From contig DASXZC010000282.1 of the NCBI GenBank assembly GCA_036502165.1, positions 1-55,652 of the forward strand: a DNA stretch of 55,652 bases, in the 5' to 3' direction. The translations under genes were made by a program, and so were the position numbers. Source of the stretch: Bryobacteraceae bacterium (lineage in GTDB: Bacteria; Acidobacteriota; Terriglobia; Bryobacterales; Bryobacteraceae). Under the pieces are notes generated by a model. That model made no database searches, was not told where the DNA came from, and saw nothing but the letters and a program-made list of their open reading frames with translations. Below are positions 19,842 to 29,722 of this stretch, piece by piece; the first letter of the stretch is position 1; each line of letters opens with the position of its first letter.

Positions 19842-20978
19842 CTAGCGGCCTTGCGCCAGTTTTCCTAAGATCACGGGGTGGCGGGCTCCGGTGGCGGATG
19901 GGAGATTGCCGGGGAGGCCGAGCTTCGACTGATACGCGAGCACGGCGAAGGCGACGGCTTCCTTGCTATCCGGATCGATGCCGGATTTCCTCGTGGTCGT
20001 CACCGACATCTCGGGGAGGAGCGCGGCGAGGCGGCGCATCAGCAGGCGATTGTGGCATCCACCACCGGCGGCGATGACGTCGTGGAATGTTCCTTTGAGC
20101 CTTTGTATGCCGAGCGCGATCGATTGCGCCGTGAACTCGGTCGCGGTGGCGACGAGATCGACGAGGCTGATTCCGGTGGCGAGCAGGCCGGTGACGAACT
20201 CGGCGCCGTACTGCTCGCGGCCTGTGGTTTTCGGGGGCGTCAGTTTGAAGTAGCGGTCGCCGAGCATGCCCTCGAGCAGGCCTTCATGGATGACGCCGTT
20301 GGCGGCGATCGATCCGCCGCGATCGTAGGTCTGCGCGCCGAAGGTGAGTTTTCGCACGAGCGCGTCGATCACCATGTTGCCCGGGCCGGTGTCGAAGGCG
20401 ACAATGTCGCCGGGCTTGGCCTTGGCGGGAATGGCCGTGAGGTTGGCGATTCCTCCGATATTGAGCGCGATGCGGCCGCGCTCGTTATGGCGGAACAGAA
20501 CGTAGTCGGCGTAGGGGACGAGGGGGGCTCCTTTGCCGCCGGCGGCGATGTCGCGTTCGCGGAAATTGGTGATCGTGTCGATGCCGGTGCGCTCGGCGAT
20601 GACGGATCCGTCGCCGATTTGCAGGGTGTTCGAGAATCGGCGGCCGAGGTATTCGCAGGGCTGGCCTTCGTGATAGATGGTCTGGCCGTGGCATCCGATG
20701 AGGTTGACGGATTCGGGCGCGATGCGGCGGCGTTTGCACGTCGTGAAGAAGGCTTCCGCGTAGAGTTCGCCGAGCAGCGCGTGCAGGCGCGAGATTGTCG
20801 CGGTGTGCGTCATCGTGTTCGAAACGCCGAGCAGGGCTTCGCGAACGGGCTTCGGATAGGCGATTGCGGCGGCGCCGACGACTTCAATTTTCTTCGTGTA
20901 TCCGCGGCCTTCGATGTCGACGATGGCGACGTCGATGCCGTCGAGCGAGGTGCCGCTCATGATCCCCGCGACTCTCAT
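19842..20978 (-). CDS. anmK: Anhydro-N-acetylmuramic acid kinase
   Basis: GIMSGTSLDGID, GCHGQT, GGKGAPLVP, NIGGIAN, FDTGPGN and KEAVAFA. Confidence 0.95.
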   Translation of the reverse strand: MRVAGIMSGTSLDGIDVAIVDIEGRGYTKKIEVVGAAAIAYPKPVREALLGVSNTMTHTATISRLHALLGELYAEAFFTTCKRRRIAPESVNLIGCHGQTIYHEGQPCEYLGRRFSNTLQIGDGSVIAERTGIDTITNFRERDIAAGGKGAPLVPYADYVLFRHNERGRIALNIGGIANLTAIPAKAKPGDIVAFDTGPGNMVIDALVRKLTFGAQTYDRGGSIAANGVIHEGLLEGMLGDRYFKLTPPKTTGREQYGAEFVTGLLATGISLVDLVATATEFTAQSIALGIQRLKGTFHDVIAAGGGCHNRLLMRRLAALLPEMSVTTTRKSGIDPDSKEAVAFAVLAYQSKLGLPGNLPSATGARHPVILGKLAQGR

Positions 20979-23563
20979 TTGCCGCCCTTCAATTCGGTTT
21001 GCAATTCGTGGAGCAACTGCAGAGCGTCGATGGGACGCATGGAGTCGACATCCAACTTGCGTATGCGATCGGCGAGTTCGTATCCGACGGGCTCGAACAA
21101 TTGAATCTGCATACGCGGCGAGGACGTTTTTTTGCGTGAGGGCGTGAGTTCTTCGGTCACCGTGTGTTCAGTTTTCTCGTGCAGCGCGAGGATCTCGCGG
21201 GCCCGTTCGATCACACCGATCGGGAGGGCGGCGAGGCGCGCGACTTCAATGCCGTAACTGCGATCGGCGCGGCCGGGCTCGACCTTGCGCAGGAAGATGA
21301 TGTTGTCGCCGGCTTCCTTCACGGAGACGTGGAGGTTGCGGACGTTCTCTAACTGCTCGGCTAACTCAGTGAGCTCGTGATAATGGGTCGCGAAGAGGGT
21401 CTTCGCGCGCACGTGCTGATGGATGTGTTCGACCACGGCCCAGGCGAGCGCGAGGCCGTCGTAGGTGGCGGTGCCGCGTCCGATTTCGTCGAGGACGATC
21501 AGGCTGCGCTCGGTTGCGGTGTTCAAAATGACGGCTGTTTCGGTCATTTCGACCATGAAGGTCGAGCGTCCGCGGGCGAGATTGTCGGCGGCGCCGATGC
21601 GTGTGAAGACGCGGTCGACGATCGGGAGGAGGGCTTGATCCGCGGGGACGAAGGATCCCATTTGCGCCAGAATCGACGTGAGCGCTGCCTGGCGAAGGTA
21701 CGTCGATTTGCCGCCCATGTTGGGTCCGGTGATGATCGAGATGACGTCGGTGGTTCCGAAGTAGAGATCGTTGGGAATGAAGCGTCCGGAGTCGCGGGCG
21801 GCGAGACGTTCGATTACGGGATGGCGGGCCGCGGCGACGCGAAGCTCGTTATCTTTCGAAAATCGGGGACGGGTGTAGCGATTTTCGGAGGCGACTTGTG
21901 CGAGTGCGGCGGTGACGTCGAGCTCCGCTATCGCGGCGGCGGTCGAGCGGATGCGTGTTCCATGTGCGGCGGCGAATGATCGGATTTCGTTGAACAATTC
22001 ACGCTCGATCGTGAGCATGCGCTCTTCTGCTTCGAGGATTTTGGTCTCGAGAACCTTCAATTCGGGCGTTGTGAATCGCTCGGCGTTGACGAGGGTCTGC
22101 TTGCGTTCGTAGTCAGCCGGTGCGTTCGAGAGATTCGCTTTCGAAATTTCAATGTAGTAGCCGAAGACGTTGTTGAAGCGGACCTTCAAAGATCCGATGC
22201 CGGTGCGGGCGCGCTCGCGCTGTTCGATCTGCGCGATGTAGCCTTTCGAGTTGTGGCTGATGTCGCGGAGGTCGTCGAGCTCCGGGTGCCATCCGCCGCG
22301 GATCGTGCCGCCGTCGATGATGTTGATGGGCGGATCGTCGGCGAGTCCTTCGAGGATTTTCGTCCGCACTTCGGGGATGTCGTCGAGCCGCCTTGCGATT
22401 TGTTGGAGGCGGGCGGCTGTCGAGCGCGTGAGCTTTTCGCGGACGAGCGGGATGATTTCGAGTGACTTGCCGAGTGCCAGTAATTCGCGAGGAGTGGACG
22501 AGCCGAGGGTGATCTTGGCGAGGAGGCGCTCGAGGTCGAGAATCGACGCGAGCTGCTTGCGGAGTTCGGCGCGGAGGATCGTTCCTTTGCAGATTTCTTC
22601 GACCGCGTCGAGCCTTGATTCGATTTCATCGAGCTCGATCGCGGGCCGTAGCAGGCGCTTGCGCAGGAGGCGTCCGCCCATGCCGGTCACCGTTTGATCG
22701 AGCACGTGCAGCAGCGTCGATTCCTTGCTCTCGCCGGCGAACAGTGGCTCGACCAATTCGAGATTGCGCACGGTCACTGCGTCGAGCACGAGCGAGTCGG
22801 CGCGATCGAAGTACGATGGCCGTTCGAGATGATCGAGCGCGGCGCGCTGGGTGTCGCGCAGGTAGTGCAGCACGGCTCCCGCGGAGCCGACGGCGAGGGG
22901 TTTTGAGGCGAGTCCGCAACCGTCTAGGGAGAGGAGTTTGAAGTGATCGAGCAGGGTGCGTTCGGCGTAGTCGAATCCGAAAATCCAGGCCTCGTTCTCG
23001 GTCTGCAGACAAGGGACGCTGAAGCGGCCGGTGCCGGGGACGAGCAGTTCCCGCGCATTCAAATTCTCAATGGCGGCGGGCACTTCAGAGAGCTCGAGTT
23101 CGGTGGCGCGGAACTCGCCGGTCGAGATATCGACGTAGGCGAGGCCGGCGCGGGATCCGTCAACTGCGACGCTTGCGAGGTAGCTGTTCTCATGCGATCG
23201 CAAGAGGCCGGGCTCGGTGACGGTGCCGGGCGTAACGATCCGCGTGATCTCGCGGCGGACGAGTTTCTTGCCGGGGCCGGCCTCCTCCATTTGCTCGCAC
23301 ATGGCGACGCGGTAACCCTTTTGGATGAGCCTTGCGATGTAGCCTTCGGCGGCGTGATACGGGACGCCGCACATGGGAATGGCCTGATCCTTTTCCTTGT
23401 TGCGCGAGGTGAGAGTGATCTCGAGCTCGCGCGCGGCGGTCACGGCGTCTTCGTAAAACAGCTCGAAAAAGTCACCCAAACGAAACATAAGCAGTGCGTT
23501 TGGTACTTGCTGTTTGGCTGTATGGTACTGCCGCATGAGCGGCGTCGAGGGCTCTTGCGACAT
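20975..23563 (-). CDS. mutS: DNA mismatch repair protein MutS
   Basis: TPLMRQY, FRLGDFFELF, TGPNMGGKST, STFMVEM, DEIGRGT and SYGIEVA. Confidence 0.98.
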   Translation of the reverse strand: MSQEPSTPLMRQYHTAKQQVPNALLMFRLGDFFELFYEDAVTAARELEITLTSRNKEKDQAIPMCGVPYHAAEGYIARLIQKGYRVAMCEQMEEAGPGKKLVRREITRIVTPGTVTEPGLLRSHENSYLASVAVDGSRAGLAYVDISTGEFRATELELSEVPAAIENLNARELLVPGTGRFSVPCLQTENEAWIFGFDYAERTLLDHFKLLSLDGCGLASKPLAVGSAGAVLHYLRDTQRAALDHLERPSYFDRADSLVLDAVTVRNLELVEPLFAGESKESTLLHVLDQTVTGMGGRLLRKRLLRPAIELDEIESRLDAVEEICKGTILRAELRKQLASILDLERLLAKITLGSSTPRELLALGKSLEIIPLVREKLTRSTAARLQQIARRLDDIPEVRTKILEGLADDPPINIIDGGTIRGGWHPELDDLRDISHNSKGYIAQIEQRERARTGIGSLKVRFNNVFGYYIEISKANLSNAPADYERKQTLVNAERFTTPELKVLETKILEAEERMLTIERELFNEIRSFAAAHGTRIRSTAAAIAELDVTAALAQVASENRYTRPRFSKDNELRVAAARHPVIERLAARDSGRFIPNDLYFGTTDVISIITGPNMGGKSTYLRQAALTSILAQMGSFVPADQALLPIVDRVFTRIGAADNLARGRSTFMVEMTETAVILNTATERSLIVLDEIGRGTATYDGLALAWAVVEHIHQHVRAKTLFATHYHELTELAEQLENVRNLHVSVKEAGDNIIFLRKVEPGRADRSYGIEVARLAALPIGVIERAREILALHEKTEHTVTEELTPSRKKTSSPRMQIQLFEPVGYELADRIRKLDVDSMRPIDALQLLHELQTELKGGK

Positions 23564-23652
23564 CCGGAGGTTTTATTATCCCAGAGATCTTGAATTAACA
23601 CTTGCCGCATTGGCCGTTCAATACGACAATAGTGAAGTTTGAGGGTACACCT

Positions 23653-24498
23653 ATGGCTTGTGACATCGAAATTCTGAAGCACGTTCCGCTGTTTTCCTTG
23701 CTCGACGACGAAGAGGCGGCGGTGCTCGCCGGGCAGGTGGATTTGAAGCAATTCGCTCCGCGGCAGCGCATTTATAAGATGGGCGATGCCGGTGGACGCG
23801 CGTACGTTTTGCTATCGGGATCGGTGCGCGTGACGACTGTCGATGAGGATCATCAGGAGCTGATCATCGACGAACCGCTGCACGGGGAGTTCTTCGGATT
23901 CGCGTCGATGCTCGATCAGACGCCGCATCGAACGAATGCGACTTCGCTCGAGGATACGCAGTGCATCGAGGTCGATCGCGAGGATATCGCAGTGCTGTTG
24001 CGGCGCAAGCCGATGGCGGGGATGGATTTGCTGACCGTGCTCGGCAAGCAGTTCCACGCGTCGCAGGAACTGGTGCGGCAGCGTGCGAGCCGCAATGCCA
24101 ATGAAGTGATCGAGGATGAGACGACGTTCGGCGAGCATATCGCGGACAAGGTCGCGAAGTTTGGCGGTTCGTGGAACTTCATCATCATATTCGGGGTCAT
24201 CCTGACGGTTTACACGGTGGTCAATATTTTCATGGGTCCGAAGGCGTGGGATCCGTATCCGTTCATCCTCTTAAACCTGTTCCTGTCGATGCTGGCCGCG
24301 ATTCAGGCACCGGTGATCATGATGAGTCAGAATCGCCAGGATTCAAAGGATCGGTTGCGTAGTGAGCTCGACTTCGATGTGAATCGGCGGGCGGAATCGG
24401 AGATCCAGGGGTTGTCGCGGAAGATGCATTTGTTGAACGACAAGATGGATGATTTGGAGGAGTTGCTGCGGTTGCAGTCGACGGGTGGGAAGGGTTAG
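23653..24498 (+). CDS. cNMP-binding domain plus DUF1003 membrane protein
   Basis: N-terminal cNMP fold (GEFFG...HRTNA) and FGGSWNF...WDPYPFILLNLFLS...APVIMMSQNRQ. Confidence 0.88.
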   Translation: MACDIEILKHVPLFSLLDDEEAAVLAGQVDLKQFAPRQRIYKMGDAGGRAYVLLSGSVRVTTVDEDHQELIIDEPLHGEFFGFASMLDQTPHRTNATSLEDTQCIEVDREDIAVLLRRKPMAGMDLLTVLGKQFHASQELVRQRASRNANEVIEDETTFGEHIADKVAKFGGSWNFIIIFGVILTVYTVVNIFMGPKAWDPYPFILLNLFLSMLAAIQAPVIMMSQNRQDSKDRLRSELDFDVNRRAESEIQGLSRKMHLLNDKMDDLEELLRLQSTGGKG

Positions 24499-24809
24499 TC
24501 CGGAGGCGCGAGGGGCAGCATCGATCCGTGGCGGACGTGGAAGACGGCCACGAACTCATCCTTGATCGTGAATAGTACGCGATACGTCCCGCGGTTTCCT
24601 GAACCGCATAACAAATGCCGGATGGGCTTGCCGAACGATTCCGCTTCAGGCGCGAATGGGCATCGTTCCGGGTGCCGTGCAAGCGATTGAATGTGGAGCC
24701 GCATCTGCTTCAGCCATCGTCTGGCGGCAGAGGGGGAATCGCGACGAATATAAGCGGCAGCGCGCTTCAAGTCGTTTTCGGCTTCAATGGTGCTGACGAC
24801 GCGGTACAC
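24495..24809 (-). CDS. RelE/ParE-family toxin
   Basis: YRVVSTIEAENDL...YI..DSP.AA..W...YRVLF...VFHVRHG, downstream of and overlapping the antitoxin. GTG start assumed. Confidence 0.82.
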   Translation of the reverse strand: MYRVVSTIEAENDLKRAAAYIRRDSPSAARRWLKQMRLHIQSLARHPERCPFAPEAESFGKPIRHLLCGSGNRGTYRVLFTIKDEFVAVFHVRHGSMLPLAPPD

Positions 24810-25095
24810 GCTTGGATTCCTCGATATCCAGTTCCTTTTCGATCTCGTCAAAGACTTCTTCGATGGGTCGGAACTGTCCTTTATCGACCTGGTCGAGACC
24901 CCGTTGAATTGCCGCGATCGTATCCAGTTGCTCGGCTACGTACTGGTAGCTCTTGGGATCGAGCAGGACCATCTCCGCTTTCCCCTTTACCGTCAACACT
25001 AGCGGACGCCTCGTCTTCCGAAGCTTCTTCATCATGCCGTTCGTATTCCGCTTGAACGCGGTCAGGGATTGGATATCTTCAGCAACGTTGATCAT
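24784..25095 (-). CDS. Phd/YefM-family antitoxin
   Basis: DIQSLTAFKRN...PLVLTVKGKAEMV followed by an acidic C-terminus. Confidence 0.85.
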   Translation of the reverse strand: MINVAEDIQSLTAFKRNTNGMMKKLRKTRRPLVLTVKGKAEMVLLDPKSYQYVAEQLDTIAAIQRGLDQVDKGQFRPIEEVFDEIEKELDIEESKRVPRRQHH

Positions 25096-25138
25096 GCCAG
25101 CAGAACCTCAGCACCATTCTCGCACCTTTTTTGGTGCG

Positions 25139-25747
25139 TTAGATGAGATGGCCCATCTTCTCTTTCTTCGTTCGGAGATAGTCTTCGGTTGACTCTCGCG
25201 GAGGGGCGATGATTGGGACCCGTTCTACTACACGGACGCCCGTGCTTTCGAGGGCCTCGATCTTCTTCGGATTGTTTGACATGAGCCGTACTTCGCGGAT
25301 TCCGAAGAAGCGGAAGATCTGGCCGGCTAGTTCGTAGTCGCGGAGATCTGCTTCGAATCCCAGGGATTCGTTGGCTTCGACGGTGTCGGCGCCGCCGTCT
25401 TGCAACTCGTAGGCGCGTAGCTTGTTCAAGAGTCCTATGCCGCGGCCTTCTTTGGGTTCATAAATGATCAGGCCGCGGCCGGCGGCGGCGACGCTGCTGA
25501 TCGCGAGCTCGAGTTGCGTGCGGCAGTCGCAGCGGAGGCTGTGGAAGACGTCGCCGGTCAGGCATTGCGAATGGATCCGCGCGAGGACGGGACGATCATC
25601 GGCGAGGTCGCCCATGGCGATGGCGACGAATTCTTCGGTGCCCGCGTCGGAGCGGCCCTCGAATCCGTAGATTCGAAAGTGCCCGAACTCGGTAGGAAAA
25701 TCCGCCTCGGCGACTTTTTCAAGCCGCGCGTTCGTGTTGCCTTGCAT
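25139..25747 (-). CDS. ribA: GTP cyclohydrolase II
   Basis: RIHSQCLTGDVFHSLRCDC, EGRGIGL.NK and LMSNNP.K. Confidence 0.95.
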   Translation of the reverse strand: MQGNTNARLEKVAEADFPTEFGHFRIYGFEGRSDAGTEEFVAIAMGDLADDRPVLARIHSQCLTGDVFHSLRCDCRTQLELAISSVAAAGRGLIIYEPKEGRGIGLLNKLRAYELQDGGADTVEANESLGFEADLRDYELAGQIFRFFGIREVRLMSNNPKKIEALESTGVRVVERVPIIAPPRESTEDYLRTKKEKMGHLI

Positions 25748-25802
25748 GGGAGGATGGGTGGAGAAGTGAACCTTACACTCTCATTATAATGAAGGCCACA
25801 AC

Positions 25803-27146
25803 ATGCAGGCGGATTTGATCCAGTACGCGCCGCATCTGGTGATCCTGTTCGTCAAGATCGCTGTGTCGGCGAGCCTCGCCAGCATCTTGCTACGCTTCCC
25901 GCGGTTCCAGCGGATGCTCATGCGGGAGGAACGTACACTGCTGCAGCGGGTGCAAATGGCGCTGGTCGGGGCGTTCATTTTCGGATCCGGCGTGGCCATA
26001 CGAATCCTCACGCGGCCGAATTATCAGGCGGTCGATTTGGGACTCGAGGGCGCCATGGCGTTCGGAATGATGGGCGGCTACGTGACTGGCCTTACGTCCG
26101 GCGTCCTGATTTCGCTGCCCGCGATGATCGATGGCGAATTCCTTACGATGCCGGTTCTCGCGGCGGCGGGATTGCTGGGCGGGTTGCTGCGCGACGTCGC
26201 GCCGTCGAGTGAATCGATCTGGCAGATTACGCCGTTTTTCGATTATCCGCTGTACACGATGATCCGGCGGAGGCAGAATTTCAAGCAGCCGGCGTTCAGT
26301 CTGCTTTGCGTCGTGACGATCGTCGCGGCCGAGGCCATGCGTACTGGTGTGGCGCATCTGTGGTCTCAGCGCGCGCCGTTCGCTCTGTATCATGTCTGGA
26401 ACGATACGGGTTGGGTGTGGACGGATCTGATCGGCATCCATCTGGCGACGCTGTTCGCGACCATGGTGCCGCTCAAAATCTGGAACAACAACCGCAATGA
26501 GCGGAAGCTCGAGACGCAGCAGTTGTCGCTGAATGCGGCGAAACTCGATGCGTTGACGAGGCAGATCAATCCCCACTTCCTGTTCAATACGCTCAATTCG
26601 GTGGCGTCGCTGATCCGCTCGAATCCGGAGGAGGCGCGGAAGGTCGTTTACAAGCTCTCGCACATTCTGCGGCGGCTGTTGCGGCAAACGGGCAACTTGA
26701 CGCCGCTGCGGGACGAGATGTCGTTCATCGAGGATTATTTGGCCATTGAAATGGTCCGGTTTGGCGACAAACTGCGCTATGAAAAGGCGACGGATCCGGA
26801 AACGCTCGACTATCCGGTGCCGTCCATGTTGTTGCAGCCGATTGTAGAGAACAGCATACGCCATGGGCTGTCGAGCAAGGTTGGCGGCGGCGTTATTCGC
26901 GTCACGTCGCGTCTTGAAAAGGAGGGCCGCCTGCTGGTGACGGTCGAGGACGACGGGGTTGGCATTCCGGAGGCGAAGCTCGCGACACTGTTCGAGCTGG
27001 GCATCGGGGTCAGCAACGTTAACGAGCGGCTGAAAGTGATTTACGGCGACGACTACAAAATGTGGGTCGATTCCAAACCCGGTGAAGGAACGCGGACCGG
27101 CATCGAACTGCCGGTGCATCAGGCCGCGTTGGTGGCGGTGTCATGA
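25803..27146 (+). CDS. LytS/YehU-type sensor histidine kinase
   Basis: Multi-TM N-terminus, QINPHFLFNTLN, LQPIVENSIRHG and GIGVSNV. Confidence 0.92.
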   Translation: MQADLIQYAPHLVILFVKIAVSASLASILLRFPRFQRMLMREERTLLQRVQMALVGAFIFGSGVAIRILTRPNYQAVDLGLEGAMAFGMMGGYVTGLTSGVLISLPAMIDGEFLTMPVLAAAGLLGGLLRDVAPSSESIWQITPFFDYPLYTMIRRRQNFKQPAFSLLCVVTIVAAEAMRTGVAHLWSQRAPFALYHVWNDTGWVWTDLIGIHLATLFATMVPLKIWNNNRNERKLETQQLSLNAAKLDALTRQINPHFLFNTLNSVASLIRSNPEEARKVVYKLSHILRRLLRQTGNLTPLRDEMSFIEDYLAIEMVRFGDKLRYEKATDPETLDYPVPSMLLQPIVENSIRHGLSSKVGGGVIRVTSRLEKEGRLLVTVEDDGVGIPEAKLATLFELGIGVSNVNERLKVIYGDDYKMWVDSKPGEGTRTGIELPVHQAALVAVS

Positions 27147-27613
27147 GTGCTCCGCTGCCGCCTGTCCTCAATCACGACGAGCATGAGGCGCTGTGCCGGC
27201 GGTGCGGAGTTTCCTGTCATATGGCGATCGAGGCGGGGCCGGAGAAGTACGTCATCGAGGAGATCCACTGCCGTTTTTTGGGGCAGACAGGAGACGGGAA
27301 GTACGCGTGCACGGTCTACGAGAAGCGGTTCGAAGTCGCGCCGTGGTGCCATACGGCGGTCGATGCGTTGACCACGGGGAACCTGGCTTCCGATTGCCCA
27401 TACACGCGGCACATTCCCGGATACAAGGGGAAGGTCTGGGCTCCGGCGGCGGTGCGCGTGAAGCTGATGCCGGTGGTGCGCAAGAAGTTGATCGACGACG
27501 GGCTGCCGCTTTCCGCCAATCCGGATTCGGCGTTAAAGGCGCTGACGAGCGGCGGGGAACGTTGGAGCTACACGGAAGAATCGGACCGGTTCGTGTTTCA
27601 TCGCGAATCCTGA
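27143..27613 (+). CDS. Cys-rich protein resembling the YkgJ (CxxCxxCC) metal-binding family
   Basis: CRRCGVSCH...C.FL......CTVYE.R.....C...CPY. ATGA overlap with the kinase. Confidence 0.6.
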   Translation: MSAPLPPVLNHDEHEALCRRCGVSCHMAIEAGPEKYVIEEIHCRFLGQTGDGKYACTVYEKRFEVAPWCHTAVDALTTGNLASDCPYTRHIPGYKGKVWAPAAVRVKLMPVVRKKLIDDGLPLSANPDSALKALTSGGERWSYTEESDRFVFHRES

Positions 27614-27636
27614 ACGCCGCCTGATAGGATGGCGGT

Positions 27637-28086
27637 ATGACTCCTCCGACCAACCGGTGGTTCGCCGCCGCCCTGTTGCTGGCCGGCATCGCCGCCGGAT
27701 CGCTGATTACTGCTCGTTTGACGCATCCTTCTTCGACATCCGCCGCGGGCAATGGACGCGTGTATGAACTGCGCACGTACCATACGTTTCCGGGCCGGCT
27801 TCCGGCGCTCGAGAAGCGTTTTCGCGACCACACCATGGAGATTTTCGAACGCCATGGGATGAAGAACGTCGGCTACTGGATTCCGCAGGATGGCCCGGCG
27901 CACGAGAACACGCTGATCTACATCATTTCGCATGAGAGCCGCGAAGGCGCGGCGAAAGCATGGGCTGCGTTCCGCGCGGATCCTGAATGGAAGAAAGTCG
28001 CCGCCGCGTCTGAAGCCGATGGCAAGATCGTCGAGAAGGTGGACGACGTCTACATGGACGCGACCGATTTCTCGCCGTTGAAATAG
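27637..28086 (+). CDS. NIPSNAP family protein, exported
   Basis: Signal peptide, VYELRTY...F..HGM..VGYW...W.AF.ADPEW. Confidence 0.88.
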   Translation: MTPPTNRWFAAALLLAGIAAGSLITARLTHPSSTSAAGNGRVYELRTYHTFPGRLPALEKRFRDHTMEIFERHGMKNVGYWIPQDGPAHENTLIYIISHESREGAAKAWAAFRADPEWKKVAAASEADGKIVEKVDDVYMDATDFSPLK

Positions 28087-28171
28087 CGTAAGATTGGAAT
28101 AATTCGAGATAACGCGCCGGTTGGCATTGAAGACGCTGGCGCGCTTTTCCCTCCTTTTTTGAGACGCGCCC

Positions 28172-28423
28172 ATGAAAGATACGATACAACGCTCGAGACC
28201 CCCCATTAAGAAGGCCGTTCCTCCGGATCAGACGAATGCGGAGAACTTTTATTACGTCAAACAGATGCAGAGCAAAACGCCGATGACGATCGTCATGCGG
28301 GACGGCGAAGTGCTCAGTGGCGTCATTGAATGGTATGACCGTTTGTGCTTGAAAGTGAACCGCGAAGGTGCGCCGAACCTTTTGCTGTACAAGAATCACA
28401 TCAAGTACATGCATAAAGCGTAG
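28172..28423 (+). CDS. hfq: Hfq/Sm-like RNA chaperone
   Basis: Sm1-like MTIVMRDGEVLSGVIEWYD and Sm2-like LLYKNHI, a divergent form of YKHAI. Confidence 0.75.
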   Translation: MKDTIQRSRPPIKKAVPPDQTNAENFYYVKQMQSKTPMTIVMRDGEVLSGVIEWYDRLCLKVNREGAPNLLLYKNHIKYMHKA

Positions 28424-28433
28424 ATTAATTTAA

Positions 28434-28946
28434 TCATTGACGAGTGCGGGCCCGTTCGCGCAGTTCGAGGCGGGCCTGGCGGCGTTCGAGCGCCTGGTCA
28501 AAGCGCCGCCGTTCGTCCGCGGTTTCGGGCATCGCTTGCGCGAGTGTGACGCGCTCACCCGATGGGTCGAGGGCGACGAAGGTGAGGTACGCCGTCGAGG
28601 TGTGCTTTTTCTCGCCGGTCGAGAGATTTTCGACCATGACGCGCACTCCGACTTCCATAGATGTGCGAAAGACGCGGTTTACCTGGGAATAGCAGGTAAT
28701 GAGGTCGCCGATCCGCACCGGAACGAGGAAGTTCATGTGATCGATCGACGCCGTTACGACCGGACAGCGGGCGTGGCGGTGGGCGGAGATCGACGCCGAG
28801 AGATCCACGAGCGACATGACTCTGCCTCCGAACAGGGTGCCCAGAGGATTGGCGTCGTTGGGCATCGCGAGTGCGGAGTACTCGGCCTTCGAATCGCTGA
28901 CCGGGCGGCCGTTTTCCTCGCTCACGGAGTGATTCCTTGCGGACAT
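28434..28946 (-). CDS. Acyl-CoA thioesterase (hotdog fold)
   Basis: PNDANPLGTLFGG, VTASID, TSMEVGV and YLTFVALD. Start taken at ATG 28946. Confidence 0.9.
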   Translation of the reverse strand: MSARNHSVSEENGRPVSDSKAEYSALAMPNDANPLGTLFGGRVMSLVDLSASISAHRHARCPVVTASIDHMNFLVPVRIGDLITCYSQVNRVFRTSMEVGVRVMVENLSTGEKKHTSTAYLTFVALDPSGERVTLAQAMPETADERRRFDQALERRQARLELRERARTRQ

Positions 28947-29347
28947 TTTCCTTTCAGATAGCTCTCGAGGAATGCGCGCGCGAGGATGCGATAGGCGGCG
29001 GGGACATCGGGCTCGAAGGATCCGTCGACCCAACGCGTCAGGCCGAAGGCGGCGGGGGCGTGCTCGATTTCCGTGATCCAGATGAGGTCGATGTGTCCGA
29101 GCGAGTCGGAGCCGGAGATCGAGAAGCGGATCGCGTCGGGCGTGCTCTCGGATGGTGGGAAGTGGGAGCAGCGGCCGCGAGCGTATCCGAAGTTGCACAC
29201 TCCGGCCTGGTCGCGGGGATCGATGGGCAGAGGGGTGCGCGAACATCCGCCGCGGTAGGGTTCGCCGAGCGGAACCCGGCGGGGACCCGGCCACGGATCG
29301 TCGCTTTCATTCCACGGGTCGGCCGGAATAAAAAAAGGACATGCCAC
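28922..29347 (-). CDS. Hypothetical Cys-containing protein
   Basis: (M)ACPFFIP...C...CNFGYARGRC. It overlaps the thioesterase start and has a TAGCAT -10-like hexamer upstream. Confidence 0.6.
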   Translation of the reverse strand: MACPFFIPADPWNESDDPWPGPRRVPLGEPYRGGCSRTPLPIDPRDQAGVCNFGYARGRCSHFPPSESTPDAIRFSISGSDSLGHIDLIWITEIEHAPAAFGLTRWVDGSFEPDVPAAYRILARAFLESYLKGKCPQGITP

Positions 29348-29396
29348 TCGAGGGAATGCTAGCACACGCGTCCGCACCTGCTACACTTTTCGATGA

Positions 29397-29708
29397 ATGG
29401 ACCGACTGGAAGCCTTACAGGCAATGCTGGCGCAAGATCCGAAGAACATGCTCGCCCTTTATGGAGTGGCGATGGAGCACAAGAATCGCGGCGATTTGGC
29501 GAGCGCGGCGAAGTGCTTTGAGGACGTCATCCGAGTGAATCCGTCGTACGCGGCGGCGTACTTTCATGGCGGGCAGACGTACGAGCAATTGGGGCAGATC
29601 GAGCAGGCGCGCGAGACTTACGAAAAAGGGATCGCGGTTACTTCGCGCACGGGCGATGCTCATACGCGGGCGGAGTTGCAGGGCGCGCTCGAGATGCTGC
29701 CGATTTAG
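29397..29708 (+). CDS. Tetratricopeptide repeat protein
   Basis: TPR pattern (ALYGVA..., AAYFHGGQTYEQLG..EQA..YEKGI). Confidence 0.85.
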   Translation: MDRLEALQAMLAQDPKNMLALYGVAMEHKNRGDLASAAKCFEDVIRVNPSYAAAYFHGGQTYEQLGQIEQARETYEKGIAVTSRTGDAHTRAELQGALEMLPI

Positions 29709-29722
29709 GCCCTCTTCATTTC

